DNA of 36,585 nt from a virus. The position numbers and the translations under genes are program-made. The stretch lies in UHGV virus genome UHGV-1373817; one strand, 5' to 3'. A model generated the notes under the pieces. It saw only the letters and a list, made by a program, of their open reading frames with translations. It made no database searches and had not been told where the DNA came from. This document shows, in pieces, positions 16,461-23,532 of this stretch (positions are counted from its first letter, which is position 1; each line of letters begins with the position of its first letter).

Positions 16461-16865
16461 ATGGGAAAAAGTTTAATACAGACAACTAACCAGTCACAGC
16501 AGACCGTGGCTGTAAACAGCATCATATCACTTGGTTCAGTGCTTAGAAGATACGGATGCAATTTAAGATTATCCGGAAATGGTATAGAAGTGACAGGAGA
16601 AGGCTATTATAAAATAGATTCAAATGTATCAGTATCGCCAACAGCAGCGGGACCTGTTACAGTGGCTTTGTATAATAACGGAGTCCAGATACCTGGAGCA
16701 ATAGCTTATGGCTCTGTATCAACAGCAGGCAATCCAATCACTTTACCTTTAGAGACAACTATCAGACAGGCTTGTTGCTGTGATTCCGCAGATAACATTA
16801 CTTGTGTGCTTCTTGAAGGAGCCGGAGTTGTAGATAATATTTCGGTAAGGGTAGAGAAGTCTTGA
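16461..16865 (+). CDS. BclA C-terminal-domain-like (C1q/TNF-like jelly-roll) protein without collagen repeats
   Basis: GEGYYKIDSNVSVSPTAAGPVTVALYNNGVQIPGA...NISVRVEK aligns by eye with the B. anthracis BclA CTD FYKITVIANTATASVLGGLTIQVNGVPVPGT...SIIIEKV (recalled). Contains ACCCD. Confidence 0.6.
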   Translation: MGKSLIQTTNQSQQTVAVNSIISLGSVLRRYGCNLRLSGNGIEVTGEGYYKIDSNVSVSPTAAGPVTVALYNNGVQIPGAIAYGSVSTAGNPITLPLETTIRQACCCDSADNITCVLLEGAGVVDNISVRVEKS

Positions 16866-17089
16866 GAGATGATTTTCTCGATATTTTAACATTGATGAGC
16901 TTTGTTATCTCACTTGAAAATCTGGATCTAAACGTCACGCAGGAAGATGCACAAAACCTTGAGAAAAACATGGATGAGAAAATGAACAGGTTACTCAATG
17001 AGATACATGCTCATTTAAAGGCGCAAGACAAAAAGATAGATGAAATCTTAAAGGAGTTAAAGGATGACAAGAATAAAAGAATTAGCTGA
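16862..17089 (+). CDS. Hypothetical coiled-coil protein (start uncertain)
   Basis: Longest ORF uses TTG. The first ATG is at 16895. Confidence 0.3.
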   Translation: MRDDFLDILTLMSFVISLENLDLNVTQEDAQNLEKNMDEKMNRLLNEIHAHLKAQDKKIDEILKELKDDKNKRIS

Positions 17090-17363
17090 TAAGATTAAAG
17101 ATGAGCTTTGTTCCGCAAAGGACTACGCTGAGGAGTATCTGACATTTAAGGCAAAGGATAATGGCACATGGGCTAACCGATACAAGGAAATGGCACAGGA
17201 AGAGCTTAAACATGCCGGATGGATACATGACAGGGCCGTGGAAGAGATAGAAGAGCTGAGAAAAGTGTATACACCACCACAGGACATGCTTGATAAGTGG
17301 AATGCTGATCATAAGAAATACATTGAAAAGGCTGCTTGGATTAAGCAGATGTTGGCGATGTAA
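17064..17363 (+). CDS. Hypothetical helical protein
   Basis: RBS AAAGGAGTTAAAGG. Confidence 0.4.
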   Translation: MTRIKELADKIKDELCSAKDYAEEYLTFKAKDNGTWANRYKEMAQEELKHAGWIHDRAVEEIEELRKVYTPPQDMLDKWNADHKKYIEKAAWIKQMLAM

Positions 17364-17641
17364 TGACAATAGAAGAGATTAACCACGAGATAGAACAGCT
17401 TGAACCTGCAGAGATCAATACAAGAAATGTGCAGGTGTTGGCTAATCTGTATACAATAAGAGATAATCTTAACGTCCCTTGCTCTGCTGATCGATTTCCG
17501 CAGATGAATGGCTCAGAATTAAACAGAGCGATATCCGGCAAGGGTGTAGGCGATGTTCTGGAAGTATTTAATGAACTTATGGACACACTTCAAATGATGG
17601 CTCCAAAACTCTACGAAGCAACTTTGCAAAGACTAATGTAA
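17363..17641 (+). CDS. Hypothetical protein
   Basis: TAATG coupling with the upstream ORF. Confidence 0.4.
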   Translation: MTIEEINHEIEQLEPAEINTRNVQVLANLYTIRDNLNVPCSADRFPQMNGSELNRAISGKGVGDVLEVFNELMDTLQMMAPKLYEATLQRLM

Positions 17642-17647
17642 CCAATT

Positions 17648-17656
17648 TGTTACCAA
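17648..17656 (+). repeat. Integrase arm-type site TGTTACCAA (P arm)
   Basis: Exact 9-mer, also found four times on the other side of the core. Confidence 0.5.
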
Positions 17657-17710
17657 AAACCTTTACAAATGGCTTAAATGCGTTGTTTACATATGACTTT
17701 TAATCAAGTT

Positions 17711-17738
17711 GTCGCGGGTTCGAGTCCCGCGTGGCTCA
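17711..17738 (+). other. attP core: 3'-terminal fragment of a tRNA gene (T-arm GCGGG-TTCGAGT-CCCGC plus acceptor 3' strand GTGGCTC plus discriminator A)
   Basis: A canonical T-stem/loop is present. No complementary 5' acceptor strand lies upstream, so this is not a full tRNA. Confidence 0.6.
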
Positions 17739-17749
17739 TAACTTAGAAA

Positions 17750-17793
17750 AACCGTCATTCCTTAGTAAAATCTAGGGTTATGACGGTTTTTTA
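17750..17793 (+). terminator. Rho-independent terminator just 3' of the attP core
   Basis: AACCGTCAT (17750-17758) pairs with ATGACGGTT (17780-17788), followed by TTTTT. Confidence 0.65.
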
Positions 17794-17840
17794 TTGCTTT
17801 TCAAAATGGGTGAAAGTAGGCGAAAGTGGTTGAAAATAGA

Positions 17841-17899
17841 TGTTACCAACGTGTTACCAAGGCTCCATTTTAGGGGTAATGTTACCATTTTGTTACCAA
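17841..17899 (+). repeat. Four arm-type sites in two tandem pairs (P' arm)
   Basis: TGTTACCAA at 17841 and 17852 (11-bp spacing). TGTTACCAT at 17880 and TGTTACCAA at 17891 (11-bp spacing). Confidence 0.55.
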
Positions 17900-18039
17900 C
17901 GTATGCAAAAATTTTGGAGTATTGTTAGCATAAAAATGTAGTGATAAAATAATCTTGTGTTGAAATAAATCCCCCATAGATTTTTAAACATTAACCAATC
18001 ACTTTTTCTGAAGGACACTGATGCGAGCAGTGTCCTTTT

Positions 18040-19173
18040 CTATTGGAAAATATTATTCAGAGCCTCAGAAGTCTTTTCTTTCCCTTCCACCAGATGAGAA
18101 TATACATCAATGACCATCTTTTCGTTATCACCCAGGAGTCGTGCAATCTCTTTAGTTGATATAATTGGAATCTGATAACACAATTCTGTGCAGTAGTTAT
18201 GCCTGAATGTATGGGCCGTCAAGTTTTGGATAGGTCTTACAGGTTTAGGGACTTTTTGCTGTGGATCATAACCGAGGGCAATGTTCATGCTGCAGATTAT
18301 TGATTCCCACATCCTGCGATAACCTATTGCTGTCATCATCTCGTTGTTTTCCACATGGAATAGATATTTGTCTGCACATTTAGTTACATAAGGCTTTATA
18401 TAAGGCATAGAAGCCACAGGAAGGGGCACAGAACGTATTCCGTTATCAGATTTAGGATAATCCTTTAAAACAGGTCTATTTGAGTCAAAAACGATAGCCT
18501 TTGATATCCTCACGGTGCTATCAGCCCAGTTAAAATCTTCTGGAGTCAGGGCAAGAGCTTCACCACGCCTTAAACCACAGTAGTAAAGTATCGATATAAA
18601 GGCTCTTTTTCTTTCGTCCAGTTCAGCCTTCTGTAAAGCCTCTTTTTCTAACTCATTTAAAGGCTTTTTAAGAGGCTTTTGATATTTAGGCAAGGAAATG
18701 TCTGTTAATATATCATCTATGGCTGTGCGGGGCAACAGGTGGTCTCTGACGGCTGATTTAATAATCTGACTGAATGTTAATTTGATAGTCTTACAGGTTC
18801 TTGGCTTATCCGAATATTGATTAATGATTGACTGCAGATCGGAGTGATTAATTGACGTAAGCTGACGGTCGGATATATCACCGAAATATGAAAGAGTATA
18901 CTTGTACATCTTCTGGGTGTTTAGCTCTTTTGTGGACTTAGCGACATTAAGCCATCTTTCCGCATATTCTCCAAATGTAACATTTGACATTGTAGTGCCT
19001 TGCTCTTCTAAGGAACGCTTAAACTCAAGAACCTTCTTCTCAAGGTCAGCAGATGACTTTTTGCTTATTATTCGTTTCCTGCGTTTAGCTCCATTAGGCA
19101 TCAAGGTTCCATCATAGACAAACGTGCACCATGCTTTCCGCTCCTCACTGTAACTGTATTTAGCTTTTGCCAT
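18040..19173 (-). CDS. int: Tyrosine integrase
   Basis: 377 aa. C-terminal HTFRHNYCTEL and VIDVYSHLV give the R..HxxR..Y catalytic signature. Adjacent to attP. Confidence 0.9.
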   Translation of the reverse strand: MAKAKYSYSEERKAWCTFVYDGTLMPNGAKRRKRIISKKSSADLEKKVLEFKRSLEEQGTTMSNVTFGEYAERWLNVAKSTKELNTQKMYKYTLSYFGDISDRQLTSINHSDLQSIINQYSDKPRTCKTIKLTFSQIIKSAVRDHLLPRTAIDDILTDISLPKYQKPLKKPLNELEKEALQKAELDERKRAFISILYYCGLRRGEALALTPEDFNWADSTVRISKAIVFDSNRPVLKDYPKSDNGIRSVPLPVASMPYIKPYVTKCADKYLFHVENNEMMTAIGYRRMWESIICSMNIALGYDPQQKVPKPVRPIQNLTAHTFRHNYCTELCYQIPIISTKEIARLLGDNEKMVIDVYSHLVEGKEKTSEALNNIFQ

Positions 19174-19179
19174 AAGGCA

Positions 19180-19713
19180 TCACTCCTTATTGAGTATTTT
19201 ATTAATAAGTTCTTTGTTATTCAGTAGCTGAGACATCAATTCAAGATTTTGATGTGATAATTGCTGATATTGCTCATTCCTGCGTTCTAAAGCGTTTAAT
19301 AAAAGAGTAATTCTGTCGTCTTTTAATTCAATCTGATGCTTGAGAAAGTCTATTTTCTTATCGTATGAATCGCGTTCTTTTTCTAGTTTAGCCGCATGTT
19401 TTTCTTTAAGGCTCTCAATCTTTTCGTTAAGGTCCTTTATAGTGGCATCCTTTACCTGGATAACTGCTTTCAGGGCACGTTCATCCTCATCGCCTTCGCC
19501 TAAATCATCCAGAGCAAGGAGCATATCTGCGATAGGCCTTACGGTGTCATATCTATATGTATACTTTTCGGAATCTTTTCCAAAGATTCTTGCTACAGTA
19601 GAAAATGATATCCCAGTATGATCAGAAATGTTTTGCAATGATACTTCTGGATGGTTTTCTTTGACGCGTTGCAGTTTCTTAACTAAATTAGCAACCTTTG
19701 CTTCATAATTCAT
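19180..19713 (-). CDS. HTH plus coiled-coil protein of the lysogeny module
   Basis: N-terminal HTH (LQNISDHTGISFSTVARIF). C-terminal heptad-rich region. Co-oriented between cI and int. Confidence 0.45.
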   Translation of the reverse strand: MNYEAKVANLVKKLQRVKENHPEVSLQNISDHTGISFSTVARIFGKDSEKYTYRYDTVRPIADMLLALDDLGEGDEDERALKAVIQVKDATIKDLNEKIESLKEKHAAKLEKERDSYDKKIDFLKHQIELKDDRITLLLNALERRNEQYQQLSHQNLELMSQLLNNKELINKILNKE

Positions 19714-19828
19714 TTTGTAATCCCCTTAATAATAAATACTAATAAATATAAATAAATAACAGCAAATAATAACAAATAACTATGGAATGACTTTCCGCTC
19801 TAAGTTAGTATTTACTTGTCCCGTTAAA

Positions 19829-19874
19829 GAGGGCAGGGAATTATTCTCCCCGGATGTCCCTGCTCTCATTTTTT
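19829..19874 (+). terminator. Strong hairpin plus T6 in + orientation, in the cI / 19180 intergenic region
   Basis: GAGGGCAGGGA (19829-19839) pairs with TCCCTGCTCTC (19857-19867) with one G-U, followed by ATTTTTT. Confidence 0.45.
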
Positions 19875-19885
19875 AAAGGAGTAGG

Positions 19886-20275
19886 TTATGAACGAAGAAG
19901 AATTGAAATCTTTCCAATCAATTCCAGAACCTTGGCAGTGTTTGGTGGTTCTTCTTGAAAAGCTTTTATTAGATCATCAATCAACTGCTGATACTCAGGC
20001 TTTAATTTCTCATATTGAGAAAGATGCTGACTGGCAGTAGGTTCAATCTCTATTAAAAGAGGTTCTTTGTCCCAATCCATAAGATATGCTACTGAAACAT
20101 TGAGAACCTTCGCAAACTTCTCAATGTTTTTTTGTGCTACATCATTGACTCCTTTTTCGATTCTTGTGATGGTGCTTTTTGAAGTATAGCCCATTCTATC
20201 AGCTAACTCCTGTTGAGACCATCCAAGCTCTAACCTTCGCTGCTTGATTTTCTCTCCTATATCTATAAAAATCAC
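19886..20275 (-). CDS. cI-like repressor (HTH_XRE plus C-terminal domain)
   Basis: HTH IGEKIKQRRLELGWSQQELADRMGYTSKSTITRIEKG. The longest ORF runs to the TTG at 20338, but that codon lies inside the predicted -35 of its own promoter. The start is probably the GTG at ~20275 or nearby. Confidence 0.65.
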   Translation of the reverse strand: MIFIDIGEKIKQRRLELGWSQQELADRMGYTSKSTITRIEKGVNDVAQKNIEKFAKVLNVSVAYLMDWDKEPLLIEIEPTASQHLSQYEKLKPEYQQLIDDLIKAFQEEPPNTAKVLELIGKISILLRS

Positions 20276-20309
20276 CTCGCTTGATTTAAAATCAATTTTT
20301 TTTAAAAAA

Positions 20310-20338
20310 ATTATAAAAAAAAGTTGACAGATAGTCAA
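20310..20338 (-). promoter_or_regulatory. PRM-like promoter for the repressor
   Basis: On the minus strand: TTGACT (+20333-20338), a 17-nt spacer, then TATAAT (+20310-20315). Confidence 0.5.
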
Positions 20339-20339
20339 C
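20323..20339. repeat. Operator O1: GTTGAC-agata-GTCAAC inverted repeat
   Basis: 6-bp arms with a 5-bp spacer, overlapping both -35 hexamers. Confidence 0.55.
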
Positions 20340-20355
20340 AGGGTGATACTATAAT
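20324..20355 (+). promoter_or_regulatory. PR-like promoter for the Cro-like gene
   Basis: TTGACA (20324-20329), 17 nt, then TG-extended TACTAT (20344-20352). A consensus TATAAT sits at 20350-20355 with a 20-nt spacer. Confidence 0.4.
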
Positions 20356-20359
20356 CTCA

Positions 20360-20376
20360 GTTGATAAATAATCAAC
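20360..20376. repeat. Operator O2: GTTGATAAATAATCAAC
   Basis: Same architecture as O1. An identical 17-mer recurs at 20833. Confidence 0.55.
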
Positions 20377-20529
20377 TTGAAAGAGAACCGCATAAGACCA
20401 AAGTTAAGGGAAGACCTTACCGAACTAACGTGAAACAACCGATGACGCGCGGCACAAGATGTTCAAGTATAAATAGCAGGAGTTACGACAGGCGAGTATA
20501 ATGGCGGCGGTTCATAAAAAAGCCGTAAT

Positions 20530-20597
20530 ATCTCTATAGGTGGGAGGATTAAAAGAGCCTTAGGCAAATCCCATGCAACTCCATAACCTATAGAGGT
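20530..20597 (+). other. Long imperfect hairpin in the ~240-nt leader of the Cro-like gene
   Basis: CTCTATAGGT (20532-20541) pairs with ACCTATAGAG (20586-20595), with inner GGAG/CTCC pairing. Ends ~15 nt before the RBS AAGGAGG. Confidence 0.3.
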
Positions 20598-20622
20598 CAA
20601 ATAAATAAAGAAGGAGGAATAA

Positions 20623-20844
20623 ATGACCGATACAAGACGACTTGAAGAGAAAATTGCAATGTCAGGGCTTAAGCTTTCTCACATTGCTAATGAACTTGGA
20701 ATTACTTATTACAGTTTATCGCAGAAGATACATAATAAGACCGAGTTCAAAGCCTCAGAAATCAAAGCTATGTGTAATCTCTTAAGAATTAACAACCTTA
20801 AGGAGAAAGAGGCTATTTTTTTTACAACAGAGGTTGATAAATAA
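20623..20844 (+). CDS. Cro-like HTH regulator
   Basis: 73 aa. HTH LSHIANELGITYYSLSQKI. First + strand gene after the operator region. Confidence 0.6.
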   Translation: MTDTRRLEEKIAMSGLKLSHIANELGITYYSLSQKIHNKTEFKASEIKAMCNLLRINNLKEKEAIFFTTEVDK

Positions 20845-20849
20845 TCAAC
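20833..20849. repeat. Operator O3: GTTGATAAATAATCAAC, an exact copy of O2
   Basis: Lies ~470 bp downstream of O2 and overlaps the cro stop codon. Confidence 0.5.
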
Positions 20850-20863
20850 CAGAAGGGAGGACA

Positions 20864-21064
20864 ATGGAATATCCAAAGCCAGTGATGAGCATTAAAGAGC
20901 TTAAGAAAATGGGAATGGCTGAAGAATGGCTTACAGGGTTTTACAAGACGGAATATAACCGGAGAAACAAAGTGGCATGGAAAATAGGAGCTGCATCAAA
21001 TAGCAAGATGCTATTCGATACAGAGGGGTTGGAAAAATATCGCAAGTCACAATGCGGTATTTAG
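20864..21064 (+). CDS. Small DNA-binding protein, possibly excisionase/HTH_17-like
   Basis: RBS AAGGGAGGACA. 66 aa. MSIKELKKMGMAEEWL. Confidence 0.35.
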   Translation: MEYPKPVMSIKELKKMGMAEEWLTGFYKTEYNRRNKVAWKIGAASNSKMLFDTEGLEKYRKSQCGI

Positions 21065-21075
21065 AAAGGGGAGAA

Positions 21076-21570
21076 ATGGTTAAAAAAATAATTGAAGCAA
21101 TCATCGCAGGGGCAGTTCTTAGCCTAGTAGCTTCATCAATCAAAAACATGGCTACAGTCAGTCGAAATGTAGCTGAAATCCAAAAAGAAACAGCAACAGT
21201 TAAAGAGGAACTATCCGAAGTAAAAGAGGAGACTTCAGAAGTCGAAGAAATGCTTCGGCATCTCGAAGCTGAGGAACCGACAGAAACAGATAAATACCAT
21301 AGCCTTCCATTAGGCCGTTACACGTTAACAGCCTATGAATGGACTGGAAACACATGCGCAAATGGTGAGTATCCATCTAAAGGTTACACAATCGCCTGCA
21401 ACAGCCTTCCACTCGGCACAAGAGTGTGGATTGAAGGCTATGGCGAGTTTGTCGTTGAGGACCGTGGAGGAATGGCTGACAACGTAATCGACATCTACCT
21501 GGGCGACTACGATGAGTGCATCGAGTTCGGTGTGCAGGAAGCAGATGTTTATTTGATTAAGGAGGATTAA
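21076..21570 (+). CDS. Membrane-anchored coiled-coil protein with a C-terminal 3D domain
   Basis: TM AIIAGAVLSLVASSI, then a E/K coiled coil, then LTAYEWTGNTCANGEYP...GTRVWIEGYGEFVVEDRGGMADNVIDIY with three conserved Asp typical of the 3D domain. Confidence 0.6.
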   Translation: MVKKIIEAIIAGAVLSLVASSIKNMATVSRNVAEIQKETATVKEELSEVKEETSEVEEMLRHLEAEEPTETDKYHSLPLGRYTLTAYEWTGNTCANGEYPSKGYTIACNSLPLGTRVWIEGYGEFVVEDRGGMADNVIDIYLGDYDECIEFGVQEADVYLIKED

Positions 21571-21574
21571 CAAA

Positions 21575-21757
21575 ATGGGAGAAATGAGTGAAATGATGCT
21601 TGGGATGAGTGCATCAGATATGTTCGTAAGAGATTTAAGACATGTTGTAAGAGGCGAAAGATTAGAAGAAGACCCAGATAATCCTAAATACATGGATGAG
21701 GTCAGATATTACAACAGCATGGCCGAGAATTGGTACCAAACTCACAAAAAAAGATAG
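21575..21757 (+). CDS. Hypothetical small protein
   Basis: ORF only. Confidence 0.3.
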   Translation: MGEMSEMMLGMSASDMFVRDLRHVVRGERLEEDPDNPKYMDEVRYYNSMAENWYQTHKKR

Positions 21758-21768
21758 GAGGAAGAAAA

Positions 21769-21969
21769 ATGGAAAGAAAAGAAGTGATCAAGGTGCTTAG
21801 TTTTCTAAAAGATGACATCTCAGCTAAACAGCTTGAGATTGAAGAAAAGGAGGGTGAAGAATACGACAAGCTCGATGAAAAGCTTGAGGAGTACTACGAA
21901 GCACTGGAAGAAACTATTAATTATCTGGAAAAGCTAGAGCTAATCCATGAGATTTCCAGATGCATATAA
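21769..21969 (+). CDS. Small acidic coiled-coil protein
   Basis: RBS AGGAGGAAGAAAA. 67 aa, E/K-rich. Confidence 0.35.
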   Translation: MERKEVIKVLSFLKDDISAKQLEIEEKEGEEYDKLDEKLEEYYEALEETINYLEKLELIHEISRCI

Positions 21970-22065
21970 AAAAGAACCTCGGAGGGAGAATCCGAAGTCC
22001 TTTTTGACGAATATGCCTTAATAAATAGCAAATATAGTATATCAGAAAAACAAAAGGAGAAAAAG

Positions 22066-22923
22066 ATGGAATTAAAAGTAAAAGAGTATAAATTGCCTGC
22101 AAAGATTGAGGCTAATTTTGAGGAATTAAAGAATCAGATCACTGAAAAGGTCGGCATCTATAAGACCATGGTCTATACAGATGACTAGATTAAAGAGGCA
22201 AAGGCAGATAAGGCGAGTCTTAACAAGCTTAAAAAGGCTCTTAATGATGAAAGACTCAGCAGAGAGCGTGAATACATGGCTCCGTTTAATGAATTTAAGA
22301 CTAGAGTCAACGAGATCATAAAACTTATCGATGAACCTGTAACGGTGATTGATAAGCAGATACAGGAAGCAGAAGAGAATAGAAAACAGGCTAAGATGCT
22401 TGAGATTGAAGGACTCTTTAATGCATCAGATAAGCCGGAATGGGTTCCATTAAAGGCTATATTCAATGAAAAGTGGCTCAATGCAACTTACAAGATTAAG
22501 GACATTAAAGAAGAAATGGCAATGCAGCTTACCATGATCAACAACAACGTTGAAACCCTTAATAAGCTCCCTGAGTTCGGATTTGAGGCTACAGAAGAAT
22601 ATAAAAGAACACTAGACTTCAACAAGGCACTTCTTGAGGGACAGAGACTTGCAGATATTCAGAGAAGAAAAGAAGAGATGAAAAAAGCTGAGGAGTTAAG
22701 AAAAGCCGAAGAACTTAGAAGAGCTGAAGAATTAAAAGCTCAGCAGGAAGAGTTGAAGAAGGTTGAGGAATCTAAGCCTGTAGAAGAACCAAAAGAAGAA
22801 AACAAAGAGGTTAAGGAAGAAGTTCAGACTCTTAGAACATTCAGTGGCTTCTTAACAGATGCCCAGGCAGCGGCACTTCTTGATTGGGCAACAAATAACG
22901 GAATCGAATTGATGGAGGTGTAA
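22066..22923 (+). CDS. DUF1351-family early protein interrupted by an in-frame TAG at 22186-22188
   Basis: The N-terminus MELKVKEYKLPAKIEANFEELK... is the typical DUF1351 start. The same frame continues after the TAG into the 215-aa ORF 22276..22923. Adjacent to erf as usual. Confidence 0.55.
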
Positions 22924-23532
22924 ATGAGTACATTACAGAAGATTCAGAGTGAATTAAAAGCTCCAAAGGGGCAGTTTAATTCATTCGGTAAATACAAGTA
23001 TCGTTCATGTGAAGATATTCTTGAGGCTGTAAAGCCTATTTTAGCAAAATACGAAGCTGAAATTAGACTTTCAGATGAAATTGTAAACATTGGCAACAGG
23101 TTCTATGTTAAGGCGACAGCTTCGTTCATGTCAAAAGATGGCGAGGGCAGAGAAGTGTATGCATACGCTAGGGAGCCAGAAGAGAAGAAGGGCATGGATG
23201 AAAGTCAGATAACAGGAACAGCGAGCTCTTATGCTCGTAAATACGCATTGAACGGGCTCCTCTTAATTGATGATACCAAGGACGAGGATACAAACGAGTT
23301 AAGAGAAGAAAAGAAGGCAAAGAAAGAAGCACAGGCTCCTGAGCCTAAGCCAGATAAAGTTGATGCAGTAACACTAAAGGCAGTTAGGTCAAGAATAGCA
23401 AATGCCGCTGCACAAGGAAAAAAGCTAGAAGAAGCAGACCTTTGTAAAATGTTCAAAATTGAAAAGCTCGAAGATATGACTTTTGAAATCGTGAATAAGT
23501 TCAATACCTTAATGGATAAGGCGGGAGTATGA
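22924..23532 (+). CDS. erf: ERF-family single-strand annealing protein
   Basis: LQKIQSELKAPKGQFNSFGKYKYRSCEDILEAVKPILAKY matches the ERF N-terminal signature (recalled). Confidence 0.8.
   Translation: MSTLQKIQSELKAPKGQFNSFGKYKYRSCEDILEAVKPILAKYEAEIRLSDEIVNIGNRFYVKATASFMSKDGEGREVYAYAREPEEKKGMDESQITGTASSYARKYALNGLLLIDDTKDEDTNELREEKKAKKEAQAPEPKPDKVDAVTLKAVRSRIANAAAQGKKLEEADLCKMFKIEKLEDMTFEIVNKFNTLMDKAGV

Noticed and set aside
17662-17738. Possible complete tRNA gene
   Set aside because: Only the T-arm and acceptor 3' strand are present. No complementary GAGCCAC 5' acceptor strand or anticodon arm lies upstream. It is interpreted as the attP copy of a tRNA 3' end.
17640-17900. CRISPR-like repeat array
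   Set aside because: The repeats are 9-bp TGTTACCAA units with irregular 11/39-bp spacing next to an integrase. These are arm-type binding sites, not a CRISPR array. No CRISPR array is present elsewhere.
20276-20338. cI start at the TTG at 20338 (longest ORF)
   Set aside because: That codon lies inside the predicted -35 hexamer of the repressor's own promoter, upstream of its -10 (20310-20315). The start must be downstream, probably a GTG near 20275.
22186-22188. Genome-wide TAG stop-codon reassignment
   Set aside because: TAG terminates ORFs 3708..4106 and 10525..11931 immediately before strong RBSs of the next genes. A local nonsense mutation or error is more likely.
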